A stretch of 64,000 nt of DNA, taken from NCBI GenBank assembly GCA_965649265.1, contig CBFGKC010000001.1, forward strand, positions 77,119 through 141,118, given 5' to 3'. Numbering within the stretch: position 1 is the first letter of the stretch; every line of letters starts with the position of its first letter. The DNA comes from a candidate division WOR-3 bacterium (GTDB lineage Bacteria > Hydrothermota > Tepidihabitantia > B3-TA06). The notes below the pieces were generated by a model, which worked only from the letters and a program-made list of their open reading frames with translations, made no database searches and had not been told where the DNA came from. Shown here piece by piece: positions 18,141 to 27,934 of this stretch. Made by a program: the position numbers and the translations under genes.

Positions 18141-19448
18141 TCAGCCTTTCCTGGGTTTCTTCCCGGCAGCCTTCTTGAGAGCAGGCTTTTTTGAAGGCTT
18201 CGAGGACTTCTTCGGTTCCTCGGGGGCGCACTCCTCGGCCGCGGGAACCTCAAGTTTCTCCGGGATCTCCACCTCTTCATCCTTTATCTCGAGAAGGTTG
18301 CGGTCATCCTTCTTGCGGACAAGGATGAGGTACACAAGCGTGTTGCCGGAATACCATATCGCCATGCCGAAGCTCAATACGAATAAAATCACGGCGTGGT
18401 AAGCGACTGCGAAGAGTATCTTTCCGACGGTCACTGACCAGCTTGCGGCAATACCCACAACGTTTTCGGTGTGGATGAGACTCGGAAGATTGACGGTCTC
18501 TTTCATCCAGCCGAACACGTTCTGCACCTGCACGGGCAGCCAGAAAGTGAGATTCTGGAACCAGTGCGGGAGGACGAGTCTTACATAATCGGCGGCGCCG
18601 TTTATCATGAGGTCCAGTTTATAGAGCACCTGGGCCGAACTCTTTGCGGCACCCACGTTCATTAGAATGCCGACAACCCAGCGTCCCAGCTCGAGCGCCT
18701 TGACGCTCGCGAACGCGAGGAAGGCGATTCCCACGATCGAGAAAATTGCCAGGAGGAACTGGTACCAGATCAGGCGCCAGGGCTGGTCGTTCACGCATGA
18801 GAAGACCTCAAAAAGATTGTCGAAGGCGTCCGACTTCGTCGTGCCGATGACGGCAGGCCCGATCGAGAAGGTGAACGCGAATACGACACCGAGGTATACG
18901 ATAAAGAGCGAGACTGCGAATGCGGGTACGGCCAGGAGCCCCACCACCAACTCACCCGCGTATGGAATGCGGCCGATGAGTCCCAGAAGCAGACCCGCGC
19001 ACAGAAGTAGAACGATGAAGAGTCCCAGAAGGATCGGGGTAGCAATCAACGCGCCTGCGCTCTTGATCCCCTGCTTCCATGCTTCCTTCACCTCGAAAAA
19101 CTCGTCACCGCGAAGCTGTTCGTAGGTGAGTTTTGAGATAACGATTCCCGCTATCATGCCGACCAGCACGAGCCAGAAAACGCCGACGGCCCATATAAGC
19201 CAGAAGAGCCAGGCAAGATCCGGAGAGGGCCCGATTCCGGCCACGGCATCAGGCATCGGGAACAGCCGGAAGGTTTCCCAAATGGTAGCCAGTTTGGTGC
19301 CCGTCACGAAAAAGGCCACGTAGCCGAAAAGGGCATAGCCGAGCCACCCGAAGAGGAGCCCTACGAATCCGACCCATATCTTCTTTGCGGAGAAGCCGAG
19401 CCTGAAGGCCCGGAACAGGTCCTTGTAGTTGAAATGAAGTTTTGTCAT
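18141..19448 (-). CDS. Polytopic membrane protein with Lys/Pro-rich C-terminal tail
   Basis: 435-aa ORF with several hydrophobic helices, GGAGG RBS. Confidence 0.75.
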   Translation of the reverse strand: MTKLHFNYKDLFRAFRLGFSAKKIWVGFVGLLFGWLGYALFGYVAFFVTGTKLATIWETFRLFPMPDAVAGIGPSPDLAWLFWLIWAVGVFWLVLVGMIAGIVISKLTYEQLRGDEFFEVKEAWKQGIKSAGALIATPILLGLFIVLLLCAGLLLGLIGRIPYAGELVVGLLAVPAFAVSLFIVYLGVVFAFTFSIGPAVIGTTKSDAFDNLFEVFSCVNDQPWRLIWYQFLLAIFSIVGIAFLAFASVKALELGRWVVGILMNVGAAKSSAQVLYKLDLMINGAADYVRLVLPHWFQNLTFWLPVQVQNVFGWMKETVNLPSLIHTENVVGIAASWSVTVGKILFAVAYHAVILFVLSFGMAIWYSGNTLVYLILVRKKDDRNLLEIKDEEVEIPEKLEVPAAEECAPEEPKKSSKPSKKPALKKAAGKKPRKG

Positions 19449-19524
19449 CTCTCAAGCCTCCATCGGTTAAAATCCACTACTAAAAAAGGGATTTATCCTT
19501 GGATATAAAAATTAACAATTTGTC

Positions 19525-19713
19525 CTAACCCTTGCAACCGGGCATAAGGAAACGGAAAAATAATACAAGCACCAGGGCAAGGGAAATGATGGCGATTCCC
19601 ATAATCAACCGGTATGGGATGCGATGAACCTTGCGCGGGAAGAACTTGCGCCGGGTTCTACCATCTCCCATATGCTCCATGTGCTTACTTTCTCCGGCCC
19701 TGTACAAGAGCAT
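19525..19713 (-). CDS. Small single-pass membrane protein
   Basis: Basic stretch then TM helix; promoter TTGACA-N16-TAAGAT at 19724-19751; start may be ATG 19680. Confidence 0.55.
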   Translation of the reverse strand: MLLYRAGESKHMEHMGDGRTRRKFFPRKVHRIPYRLIMGIAIISLALVLVLFFRFLMPGCKG

Positions 19714-20062
19714 CCATTGTTATATCTTACTCCTGTTAGCCGAGTTGTCAAGAGCCTAACGCATCGTAAAAATCGGGGTTAGATCGCGTCCATGCCTCCC
19801 GGCCCCTCGCTCGCCGGGAATTGAAACTGCGCATTTCCCCCCCCGCAATCGGTGTCGCACAGTCTTGACACCCAGGTTTATGCGACTCTGTGGTCGGCCG
19901 AAGACAATTTTTCGACTTCAACGGAAGGCTGCCACTGAACTCTTCCGCGCATACAACGTAAATGCGCAAGTTAGTATGCAGATCGTACGACTTTGCTCTT
20001 CCGACAGTAGTACGACGAAAGTCCTGATCCTGTAAACTTCTTTAAACAATGACTTGTCCCTG

Positions 20063-20078
20063 TGTTTCACGTGAAACA
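20063..20078. promoter_or_regulatory. parS site (ParB binding)
   Basis: Perfect TGTTTCACGTGAAACA palindrome, about 5 kb from dnaA. Confidence 0.92.
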
Positions 20079-20178
20079 CCGACCCTATACTCCCTCGGCA
20101 GTTCGCTTTCCATATCAAAACACGATATCCTCGCAAGTCTCCCTGTTTGTTTCTTGTATATTTTATATAGAAGGATTT

Positions 20179-21114
20179 TCAGAATATTCTTCGGAGGATG
20201 ATGAGACCGAGTATCACGAGTGCAAATGCCAGATAAACGACCAGAATAAGACCTTCTACCAGCTTCATCCTCTTTTTTGCGAGAAGAACCAGCCCTCCCG
20301 ATATCACCCCGGCAGGCGCCGCAGCCCAGTAAAGGGGAAGAAAATTTAGAATCAGTGGGGTCGCGAGGTATGAAACCAGTACGAGCCCGGCGTTGACCCA
20401 CAGGCCGCGTTCAAGCCCTAGGATCGTGAATAAAGTCCTTACGCCCCTTGCCCTGTCGCCTTCGACGTCGGCCATGTCCTTCGTGCCGAAGGTCAGGGTC
20501 AAGGTTACAAGAATCAACACCATCATCCTTATCGGGAAGAGGGTCCAGTGTTCGTGAGTGGCAAAACCTGAGACCATCACCGCAAGTCCGGCAAGGGCGA
20601 GAAGGAACACGTTAAGGGGATATATCCTCTTTGCCCTGAGGATCGGGGTGGAGTAAATCAGGGAGATGAGGTGGGCGGCCAGCAGGAAAAGAAAGCACTC
20701 GAGGCCGCACCGTATCGCAACCACAAGAGAGAACAGCGAAAGGCCAGCTGCCAGCAACCAAGACGCTCTCCTCGTGAGTACGCCTTTTGTGAACGGGGTC
20801 TCCTTTCCTGCGAGCCGGTCGATCTCCGCGTCGAAGATATCGTTCAAAAAGACCGCGCCCTGAAAGGCGATGAAGGCGGCGATCGTCGACCAGAGGAGAA
20901 GATAGACATCCAGGGGTTTACCGCTCACCGCCGCGCCGATCACCGCCCCCCCCGCAGCGAAACCGCCGTAATGGATGAGCCTTAACGGACGCAGGAGCTT
21001 CACGATCCCGGCGAATCTCCTCGGTGATATCAACAACGGAAGAAGAATCCCGAGAGCTATCACCGAGGCCAGGATAATATCAAAGACGCCGGGAGGGGTA
21101 AAAGATATCCTCAT
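20179..21114 (-). CDS. UbiA-family prenyltransferase
   Basis: NDIFDAEID and KDMADVEGD Asp-rich motifs, multiple TM helices; ATG 21114 likely. Confidence 0.88.
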   Translation of the reverse strand: MRISFTPPGVFDIILASVIALGILLPLLISPRRFAGIVKLLRPLRLIHYGGFAAGGAVIGAAVSGKPLDVYLLLWSTIAAFIAFQGAVFLNDIFDAEIDRLAGKETPFTKGVLTRRASWLLAAGLSLFSLVVAIRCGLECFLFLLAAHLISLIYSTPILRAKRIYPLNVFLLALAGLAVMVSGFATHEHWTLFPIRMMVLILVTLTLTFGTKDMADVEGDRARGVRTLFTILGLERGLWVNAGLVLVSYLATPLILNFLPLYWAAAPAGVISGGLVLLAKKRMKLVEGLILVVYLAFALVILGLIILRRIF

Positions 21115-21260
21115 CTTATCGCCGTGTTGTCCACACGAGAAAGGCAAAAGTCTGAGAGGAGGGCGACGTTGCCTGTTCCTGAGGGGATGACTTTCGTATG
21201 CGAAGAACCCGTATCATGCATCGTCTAAGTCTATCCGATACATCCAGGAAGTCAACCCGT

Positions 21261-21590
21261 CCCGTAACACACCCATAACACACCCGTAACACCCGTCCGT
21301 AACACACCCGTACCCACAGGGCAGGGTCTGACCCTCGAGGTAAGTCTTTACCTCATAGGTCATTCTCATAATCAAACGGAGCTTCGCTCCGAAGTCTAAG
21401 GAAATAACACACCCGTAACACACCCGTAACACTCCCGTAACACTCCCGTAACACCTCCTCCCCCACCGTAACACACAGCCACCAGTCCCCACAGGGGAGG
21501 ACCTGACCCTTGAGATGAGCTTTTATCTCGCAGGTCATTCTGATGTGCAGTTCAGGTCAAAGAAAAGGCGCCCCGCCCGTAACACACACA
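21261..21590 (+). repeat. Array of CCCGTAACAC repeats (about 11 copies, mostly 11-bp spacing) with two ~57-bp structured direct repeats
   Basis: Copies at 21261, 21272, 21283, 21412, 21423, 21434, 21445 etc.; longer repeats 21313-21369 and 21488-21544. Confidence 0.85.
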
Positions 21591-21765
21591 GTCCCTTCCC
21601 TCTCCCCCCCTCCCCTTCCCTCCTTTCTCGCCGTACCTGTGACGGTACTCGTTGGTTGCAGGATAGGTCCAATCGGGCTTTTTTATTGCAGGGGGAGTTT
21701 CCCATAACAAGCAAACATCCGCTCCTCCCCCTGAATGTTTCCCTCATTTCCGGATGCGGATCCGA

Positions 21766-21781
21766 TGTTTCACGTGAAACA
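21766..21781. promoter_or_regulatory. parS site (ParB binding)
   Basis: Perfect TGTTTCACGTGAAACA. Confidence 0.92.
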
Positions 21782-21857
21782 TTCTTTCCTCCAAGAAATT
21801 ACTCTTTATCACCATATTGGGGTCCCCGCAAAGATGCGGAGCAGGTTTGTGGGGTAG

Positions 21858-21886
21858 AAAAAAAGGAGGCGGCCCAGGGCCGCCTC
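21858..21886 (-). terminator. Rho-independent terminator
   Basis: GAGGCGGCCC-TG-GGCCGCCTC stem followed by a T-run on minus strand. Confidence 0.8.
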
Positions 21887-21906
21887 AACAATCCGGGGAG
21901 TCGAGA

Positions 21907-24024
21907 TTAAAAGATCACAACCTTGCGTACCGCCGTGTAGTCCGGGGTCACAAGCTTGACGAAGTAAACACCCGAACGAGCGTTAAGGTTGAACGAATGA
22001 GTACCCATTGCCGCGGAACCCTGGTGCAGGGTCGAGACCAGCTTGCCGGTTGCGTCGTAGACCTTGAGACTCGCAGTGGTCGTCTTGGGAACGGTGAAGG
22101 TGATGCCGGCACCTGAAACCGAAAGGTTAGAACAGTAGAGATATGGCTTTTCACCGATGCCTGTCCAGGGTATACCGTTAAAGATCACAGACCTCATCGC
22201 ACCGTCGACTCCGGAAACATAGAAATCAGCCGTAAACGGGGTTTCGTCAAGAGATGTCCATTCAGCGAACTCGATAAATGTTGAATCTCCGGGCTGCAGC
22301 GTGTCTGAAACGCCCACGCTGTCGAAATATGCCAGGGTGGTTGTTCCAGGCGTTATGTCGCAGTGGCAGTAGAAATTGACGGCAGGTTCTGAGCCGACGT
22401 TGGTAAAGTACGCGGAAGGTTTCATCCTGTCGATAGTCGCCCCCTCTTCAGGCATCGTAATCGTTGTTGCAACAACCTGGGTTGCGGATGCGATGGTTGC
22501 GTACTCGAGTTTTGTGTTGTTTGTGGAGTCGAAATCGGCTATTGTCTTTTCGGGCCAGAGGTAGACGACAACCTCGATACGGTACTTGTCACCTGGGGCG
22601 CCTGTAGGTTCCCATTCGGGGAATGAGATCTGTTTCTCCTGACCGGGATCAAGATACACTATTCCTTCGAGATTGCCTTTGTTATAGTTGGTGCCCGGTC
22701 CGGATATATAACACTTTGCGTAGCCTGAATCCACGTTCTCGCCGAGATTGGCAATAACGGCTTGGGGTTCGATGCTTTCTTTCGAGATGCCACCCACGGG
22801 CTGAAGTATTCTGGTACAGGCAAGGTCTCTTTCGCCGCCGGGTCCGGGTCCGCTTGAAGAGGAATACCAGTTGTAATATATCTCGTAGTTCCCGTCGCGG
22901 TTGTCATACCAGCAGATGTGAACGTTGCCGTTGTCGTCCGCAGCGATCTGTCCGCGTCTGGAGTACTGGCCGTCGTTAGCGGTTAAAGCCTGCGGCCCGT
23001 CCCATGAACCGGTTTGGCCGTCCATGCGGTTATAGTATATCTCGTAGCTCTGACCCGAACGGTCATCCCAGCAGACCCAGATATTGTCGAAGGTGTCGCA
23101 GCAGGCTGAAGGGTAGTAAACATAAGCATACGTGCTTGCATCTACTTGGACCGGGGAGCCCCAATCGTCAGTGGTGCCAGAGATCACGTTAATATGATAT
23201 GGGGAGGGGTAGCTGACATAGGCGATATAAAGGTTGTCTTCAGAATCGTTGCAGATGGAAGTTGCGTAGGAATAATAACATGAGTTGGTGCCGGTCAGTG
23301 TCTCGTAATACCAGGTCGCGCCGTTGTTGGTGCTCCATGCATGATACAGGCGGTAGCCGTTGCTGTTACCGAAGGACATGTGGATTACGCCGTCGGACGT
23401 GATGCATATCGAAGGATAGTAGGAATAATAGTAAGAAGAGGCTGAGCCGCCCTCCCAGTGAGGGTCATAAACCAGCACCGGCGTGGTCCAGCCGCCGCCG
23501 GAGTTTCTTCTTTGGTACCACACACTGCGGCCGCGCATGTCGCCTGAGGTGGAACTGTATCTGTTGAATGCAACATGAAGGTTACCGTCGTCATCGAAGC
23601 ATGTGCCAGGATATGTGGCCATGGTACAGCCGCCACCAATTCCGTGGCTCTCGATGCTCCCCCAGGTTCCACTCTTGATTCGTGTATAAAGAACATCAGA
23701 GTTATACCAGGTAACGAAGGCAGAACCGTTATAAGTAGATACCACCGGTGTGTAGCCGTAAGTGGTGCTAACTTGTTCTCCATTGGGAGTTTGTGATGGT
23801 GTGCCTATAGGGAAGCTGTGGTATCGGACGTAATAGGGACTGGATGAATAATCATACCAGGTTATATAGACATCTTCCGCATCGGCTTCAATTCCACGAG
23901 TCCCCGTGTAAGGGGTGTAGGAAGAGCCTGTATTATTAGTGACCCTGAAATCGGAGTGCCATTGCCCAAAGAGAGGCAAAGCCACAAAAAAGAGCACTCC
24001 AATAAGGATTAAGGTTTTTCGCAT
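21907..24024 (-). CDS. Secreted beta-propeller (BNR-like) + Ig/CARDB-like protein with T9SS-A-like CTD
   Basis: Signal peptide, STNNGATW Asp-box, W-D-R-G-YEIYY repeats, GVYFVKL CTD. Confidence 0.8.
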   Translation of the reverse strand: MRKTLILIGVLFFVALPLFGQWHSDFRVTNNTGSSYTPYTGTRGIEADAEDVYITWYDYSSSPYYVRYHSFPIGTPSQTPNGEQVSTTYGYTPVVSTYNGSAFVTWYNSDVLYTRIKSGTWGSIESHGIGGGCTMATYPGTCFDDDGNLHVAFNRYSSTSGDMRGRSVWYQRRNSGGGWTTPVLVYDPHWEGGSASSYYYSYYPSICITSDGVIHMSFGNSNGYRLYHAWSTNNGATWYYETLTGTNSCYYSYATSICNDSEDNLYIAYVSYPSPYHINVISGTTDDWGSPVQVDASTYAYVYYPSACCDTFDNIWVCWDDRSGQSYEIYYNRMDGQTGSWDGPQALTANDGQYSRRGQIAADDNGNVHICWYDNRDGNYEIYYNWYSSSSGPGPGGERDLACTRILQPVGGISKESIEPQAVIANLGENVDSGYAKCYISGPGTNYNKGNLEGIVYLDPGQEKQISFPEWEPTGAPGDKYRIEVVVYLWPEKTIADFDSTNNTKLEYATIASATQVVATTITMPEEGATIDRMKPSAYFTNVGSEPAVNFYCHCDITPGTTTLAYFDSVGVSDTLQPGDSTFIEFAEWTSLDETPFTADFYVSGVDGAMRSVIFNGIPWTGIGEKPYLYCSNLSVSGAGITFTVPKTTTASLKVYDATGKLVSTLHQGSAAMGTHSFNLNARSGVYFVKLVTPDYTAVRKVVIF

Positions 24025-24444
24025 GATAACCTCCATGCTTTAGGTTCTCGCTGGTTTTAAAAGAAATTAAATCAATGGAATCCCGTATCACCTCCCTGCA
24101 TAATCCACTTTCTTCTAATTCCCAATAGTCATCACTATCCATCCTACAAATATCCTCCATCCATTAATTGACATTTACTAGTCAATTCCTAAACAACTTC
24201 TGATTTTAATCAGAGATTCACGTTTTGTCAAGTGTGTCATAGCGTCTATTATTTCATAATATCCATAGAAAGTTATTTGAACATTGGAAATCAAACTCAT
24301 GAGGGTGCACCGAAATCAAGCCTTCCCATGGATTCAAGAGAAATCACGTTATGATAAGGATAATCTCAAACTCGCACTTACTGGACCTAAATAATGGATA
24401 ACGCCCTAGACGATGTAAGGTCCGTAAACATTGTCAAGCAACAT

Positions 24445-24477
24445 AAAAAAAGAGGCGGCCATTTTCAAGACCGCCTC
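24445..24477 (-). terminator. Rho-independent terminator
   Basis: GAGGCGG..CCGCCTC stem followed by T7 on minus strand. Confidence 0.75.
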
Positions 24478-24492
24478 AAAAAGGAAAAAACC

Positions 24493-26706
24493 TTAACGGT
24501 ACTTGACCATCTTGAGTGTTGAAGACGCGTCGGGTGTGTCCATGCGAATAAAGTAACAGCCCGCGGCGACGTTTCTTCCCTTGTCATCGCAATTATGCCA
24601 ATCGAGGTTATACTTGCCTGCGGGTTTTTGCCCGGAAACAAGAGTTGTAACTTTTTCACCGGTTACATTGTAGACGGCAATGCTAACGTAGGTTGTCTTG
24701 CTCAGCTGATAACGCAGGGTAGGAATACCGTCCGGGTTTTGATTCACGAGGTATATGATGTTATCCTCATCAACCGCAGCTGTCTTCAGCAAGGTGGGGC
24801 GAAGTTTTCCGATGAAGGTTATCGGGGCTGCCATGTGTGTGTTGAGAGCGGGTGCCCAGTTGTGGGTGGAGACTGTCGTGTGCGAATCGAGGTTCTCAAG
24901 GAGCTTGTATGAGTATGTGTAGGCTATAGGGTAGCTGGCGCTGGTCGTGTCGACGTAGACGTAAGGATGAGCGTTATTCACACTGTCAATTTTGTAACCT
25001 ACAGTATCAGAGGGAGGGTTTTTTATTCTGCCCCAGATCCAGAGATCGTTCTCGTAGGCATTAAGAGTTATGGTGTTGTAATGAGCTTCTTCTTTATACC
25101 TTTCACAATTATATGTACCTGCGGGCCAGTAATCGTTCGGCGGTTCCGTAAAGGTTACCACATGCTCTCCCTGGTAATAGCCCACTCCTGCGCTGCCATC
25201 GAGACGAGTAAAGACGTACGGGGTATCCAAGTGACGAAGAGCCCACCAGGCGTCTATGCAGCCGTAGCCGGTTTCGACGTCGGGACCGGAGCCGTAGATG
25301 CAATCGTTATGCCGTGCGGAAAGCTCCATTATTCTTTTGACATCCACGTCTATCAGATCCCACCCTTTAACCATGGTTTTTTGATATATCAGGGCGGCTA
25401 CACCAGCAGCGTACGCGGTGGAGGGGGAGGTACCTGAGCCGTATGTGTAAAAGCCGTTCGCTTCATTCGTTGTAGACCAGATGGAATCGCCCGGCGCGAC
25501 GAAAGAAAGCTGTGGACCGTAGCATGAGAAATCGGCGCGAATGCCCACGGAATCGATTGCGCCGACTGCAGAGCAGATATCGTAATCGGCCCAGTATGCC
25601 GGGTATTCTACCGAGTTGGGCTGGGGAGTGGATGCGTTTCCGGAAGAAAAAAAGACGGACTGGTCGGAAAGGAAAGAATTCTCGATCGCTTCGTGCAAGG
25701 CGGGGTTGTCGGTGGCGCTCCACGAACATGAGGCAACTTTCGCAACGTTTGACTGGCTGGCAAAATAGTCCAGAGCCTCTATACACCAGGCCTCGATTGG
25801 AGCCGTCACGCCCACGACGCAGATCCCCAGGCTTGGTCCGGGGTCACCGGCGTAGTACCAGCCGCCGGCTACTCCGGCGATGCCGTGAACTCCTCCATGG
25901 CCCGGTCCGCTGTTTGTGCTGGCGGCCGCAACGCCTGTCATGAATGTCCCGTGACCGTTTCTGTCAACAACGTCACCGTAGGGGTTAGATTGCGAATACC
26001 ACTCGTCTACTACCCTGTTCTGAAACTCGTCACCTGGTTGATCGCGATGCAGCGGCTCGAGACCGGAATCGAGAATATAAAGCAAACCGTTATTGGCATC
26101 TTCTTGATCTGCTATGTCCCAGGCGTGGAATGCATCGATGTCCCAGCGGTAACTTTGATTATATAGTCCCCATTGCAACTCATAATCAGGATCATCCGGT
26201 TCGTAAATGTCAAAACTGCCTATGGCGTTCGGTCTTGCGTAAATGACTCCAGGAATTTGTTCAAGCTCCCCGGCAAGGGCGGGCATATCGCCCAGTGGGC
26301 CCATTCGCAAGAGGTACAGATCGGAAAGATCGTTGAGGGGGATAGTTTTGCCTGACTTGTCCGTGTATGTAGGATTACGCTTGCCGGCTAACCACTTGCA
26401 CAGCCTTTCGATGCTGAGAACGTTGTGGGAGGTAAAAAAATCTGCGACCTGAGCGTTATTGATGATAACCTGGTTTATGGGTGTTTCGGAATTAGAGGAA
26501 ACGGTCATGACACCGTGATCGAATTTGACAATTAACTCTCCCGGCACAAAGGCGAAGGATTTGGCTTCGCCTGCATAAGCAGGCAAACCGGCCAAGGCCA
26601 GGCTGGGGTTAGTATTGAATTGGACGGCTTCCGCAGAAACAGAAAGCACCAACCAAGCGACAGGTAGAGCCCTCAAGAAACACCTGAATAAACACCTGGT
26701 TTTCAT
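24493..26706 (-). CDS. Secreted S8 (subtilisin-family) peptidase with propeptide and FlgD-Ig/T9SS-like CTD
   Basis: LYILDSG, NGHGT, SSGN, GSGTSPS triad motifs; VPGELIVKF prodomain; AGCYFIRM CTD. Confidence 0.9.
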   Translation of the reverse strand: MKTRCLFRCFLRALPVAWLVLSVSAEAVQFNTNPSLALAGLPAYAGEAKSFAFVPGELIVKFDHGVMTVSSNSETPINQVIINNAQVADFFTSHNVLSIERLCKWLAGKRNPTYTDKSGKTIPLNDLSDLYLLRMGPLGDMPALAGELEQIPGVIYARPNAIGSFDIYEPDDPDYELQWGLYNQSYRWDIDAFHAWDIADQEDANNGLLYILDSGLEPLHRDQPGDEFQNRVVDEWYSQSNPYGDVVDRNGHGTFMTGVAAASTNSGPGHGGVHGIAGVAGGWYYAGDPGPSLGICVVGVTAPIEAWCIEALDYFASQSNVAKVASCSWSATDNPALHEAIENSFLSDQSVFFSSGNASTPQPNSVEYPAYWADYDICSAVGAIDSVGIRADFSCYGPQLSFVAPGDSIWSTTNEANGFYTYGSGTSPSTAYAAGVAALIYQKTMVKGWDLIDVDVKRIMELSARHNDCIYGSGPDVETGYGCIDAWWALRHLDTPYVFTRLDGSAGVGYYQGEHVVTFTEPPNDYWPAGTYNCERYKEEAHYNTITLNAYENDLWIWGRIKNPPSDTVGYKIDSVNNAHPYVYVDTTSASYPIAYTYSYKLLENLDSHTTVSTHNWAPALNTHMAAPITFIGKLRPTLLKTAAVDEDNIIYLVNQNPDGIPTLRYQLSKTTYVSIAVYNVTGEKVTTLVSGQKPAGKYNLDWHNCDDKGRNVAAGCYFIRMDTPDASSTLKMVKYR

Positions 26707-26866
26707 TTTACTGCTCCTTTCGCAAAAAAAAGTTCAAAATTAAAAGAATATCAGTTCACCTCCACATGTTAATTTATTACGTCATTATATTTTATCTTAA
26801 TATTTTTGTCAAGTAGGAATTTGCATAAAACGCTTGCTTTTTTTCGACTCATGAATAAAGTTACAC

Positions 26867-27850
26867 ATGCGCTTTATAGACGAAGTAACCATCCGCATCA
26901 TCGCCGGAGACGGCGGCTCAGGCTGCGCCAGCTTCAGGCGCGAGAAGTACGTGCCTCGGGGAGGGCCGGATGGTGGAGACGGCGGAAACGGAGGGTCGGT
27001 TTACTTAAAGGGGAACCTTCACCTCGCGACGCTCGCCGACCTGGAATACCATGTCACATATAAAGCACAAAAGGGTGTAAACGGCAGAAGTAAAAAGATG
27101 TACGGTGCTCGGGGCGAGGATAAAATCATAGAAGTTCCGCTGGGTACAGACGTCTACAAGGAAGAGTCAGGGGAGCTCCTCGGCTCGGTGCTCGGGCACG
27201 GCGAACGTCTTCTAGTCGCGCGCGGAGGAAAGGGAGGACGCGGCAACGTCCACTTCGTATCCTCCACGCACCAGGCGCCGCAAGAGTACGAGGAAGGAGG
27301 GCCGGGCGAGCGCTTCAAGCTCCGTCTCAAACTCCGGCTCCTTGCCGACGTCGGCCTCGTCGGTCTGCCCAATGCCGGAAAATCCACCCTTCTCAAAGCG
27401 CTCACAAACGCTGAACCCAAAATAGCCTCCTATCCCTTCACCACGCTCTCGCCCAATCTCGGCGTGCTGCGCGACGAGTATCTCTCCTTCACGCTCTCCG
27501 ACATCCCCGGGATAATCGAGGGTGCCTCCGAGGGCAAGGGCCTCGGCCTTCGGTTTCTTCGCCACATCGAACGAACAAAAGTCCTCCTTTTTCTCCTTGC
27601 CGCAGACGAGGAACCGGCGGCCTCCTTCCACACGCTTCTTGCAGAGCTTGAGGCGTATAATCCCGATCTCGTCGCGCGGCCTCGCATCGTTGTCGTCAAT
27701 AAGATGGACATCTTGACCAGGAAACCAAGAATCAAGGGCGAAAAGGGAGTCGTCTACATCTCTGCACTTAAGCGTGAAGGCCTGGACGAACTCAAGAAAA
27801 GATTGAGCGATTTGATCGGTAAAAAGAATGAAGAAGCCTTTAGGGAATGA
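26867..27850 (+). CDS. obgE: GTPase ObgE/CgtA (short, no C-terminal OCT domain)
   Basis: RREKYVPRGGPDGGDGG, GLPNAGKST, DIPGIIEGA, NKMD, ISA. Confidence 0.95.
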   Translation: MRFIDEVTIRIIAGDGGSGCASFRREKYVPRGGPDGGDGGNGGSVYLKGNLHLATLADLEYHVTYKAQKGVNGRSKKMYGARGEDKIIEVPLGTDVYKEESGELLGSVLGHGERLLVARGGKGGRGNVHFVSSTHQAPQEYEEGGPGERFKLRLKLRLLADVGLVGLPNAGKSTLLKALTNAEPKIASYPFTTLSPNLGVLRDEYLSFTLSDIPGIIEGASEGKGLGLRFLRHIERTKVLLFLLAADEEPAASFHTLLAELEAYNPDLVARPRIVVVNKMDILTRKPRIKGEKGVVYISALKREGLDELKKRLSDLIGKKNEEAFRE

Positions 27851-27934
27851 TTCCGGCCGCATCCCGCTCTTCGTATCCCTGAACGCGGGAAATACTTGTG
27901 CATACGGGTCAGCAGACACCCTAAGCTTGCAAGC

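Noticed and set aside
21261-21590. CRISPR array
   Set aside because: Repeats are about 10 bp with no spacer-sized unique sequences
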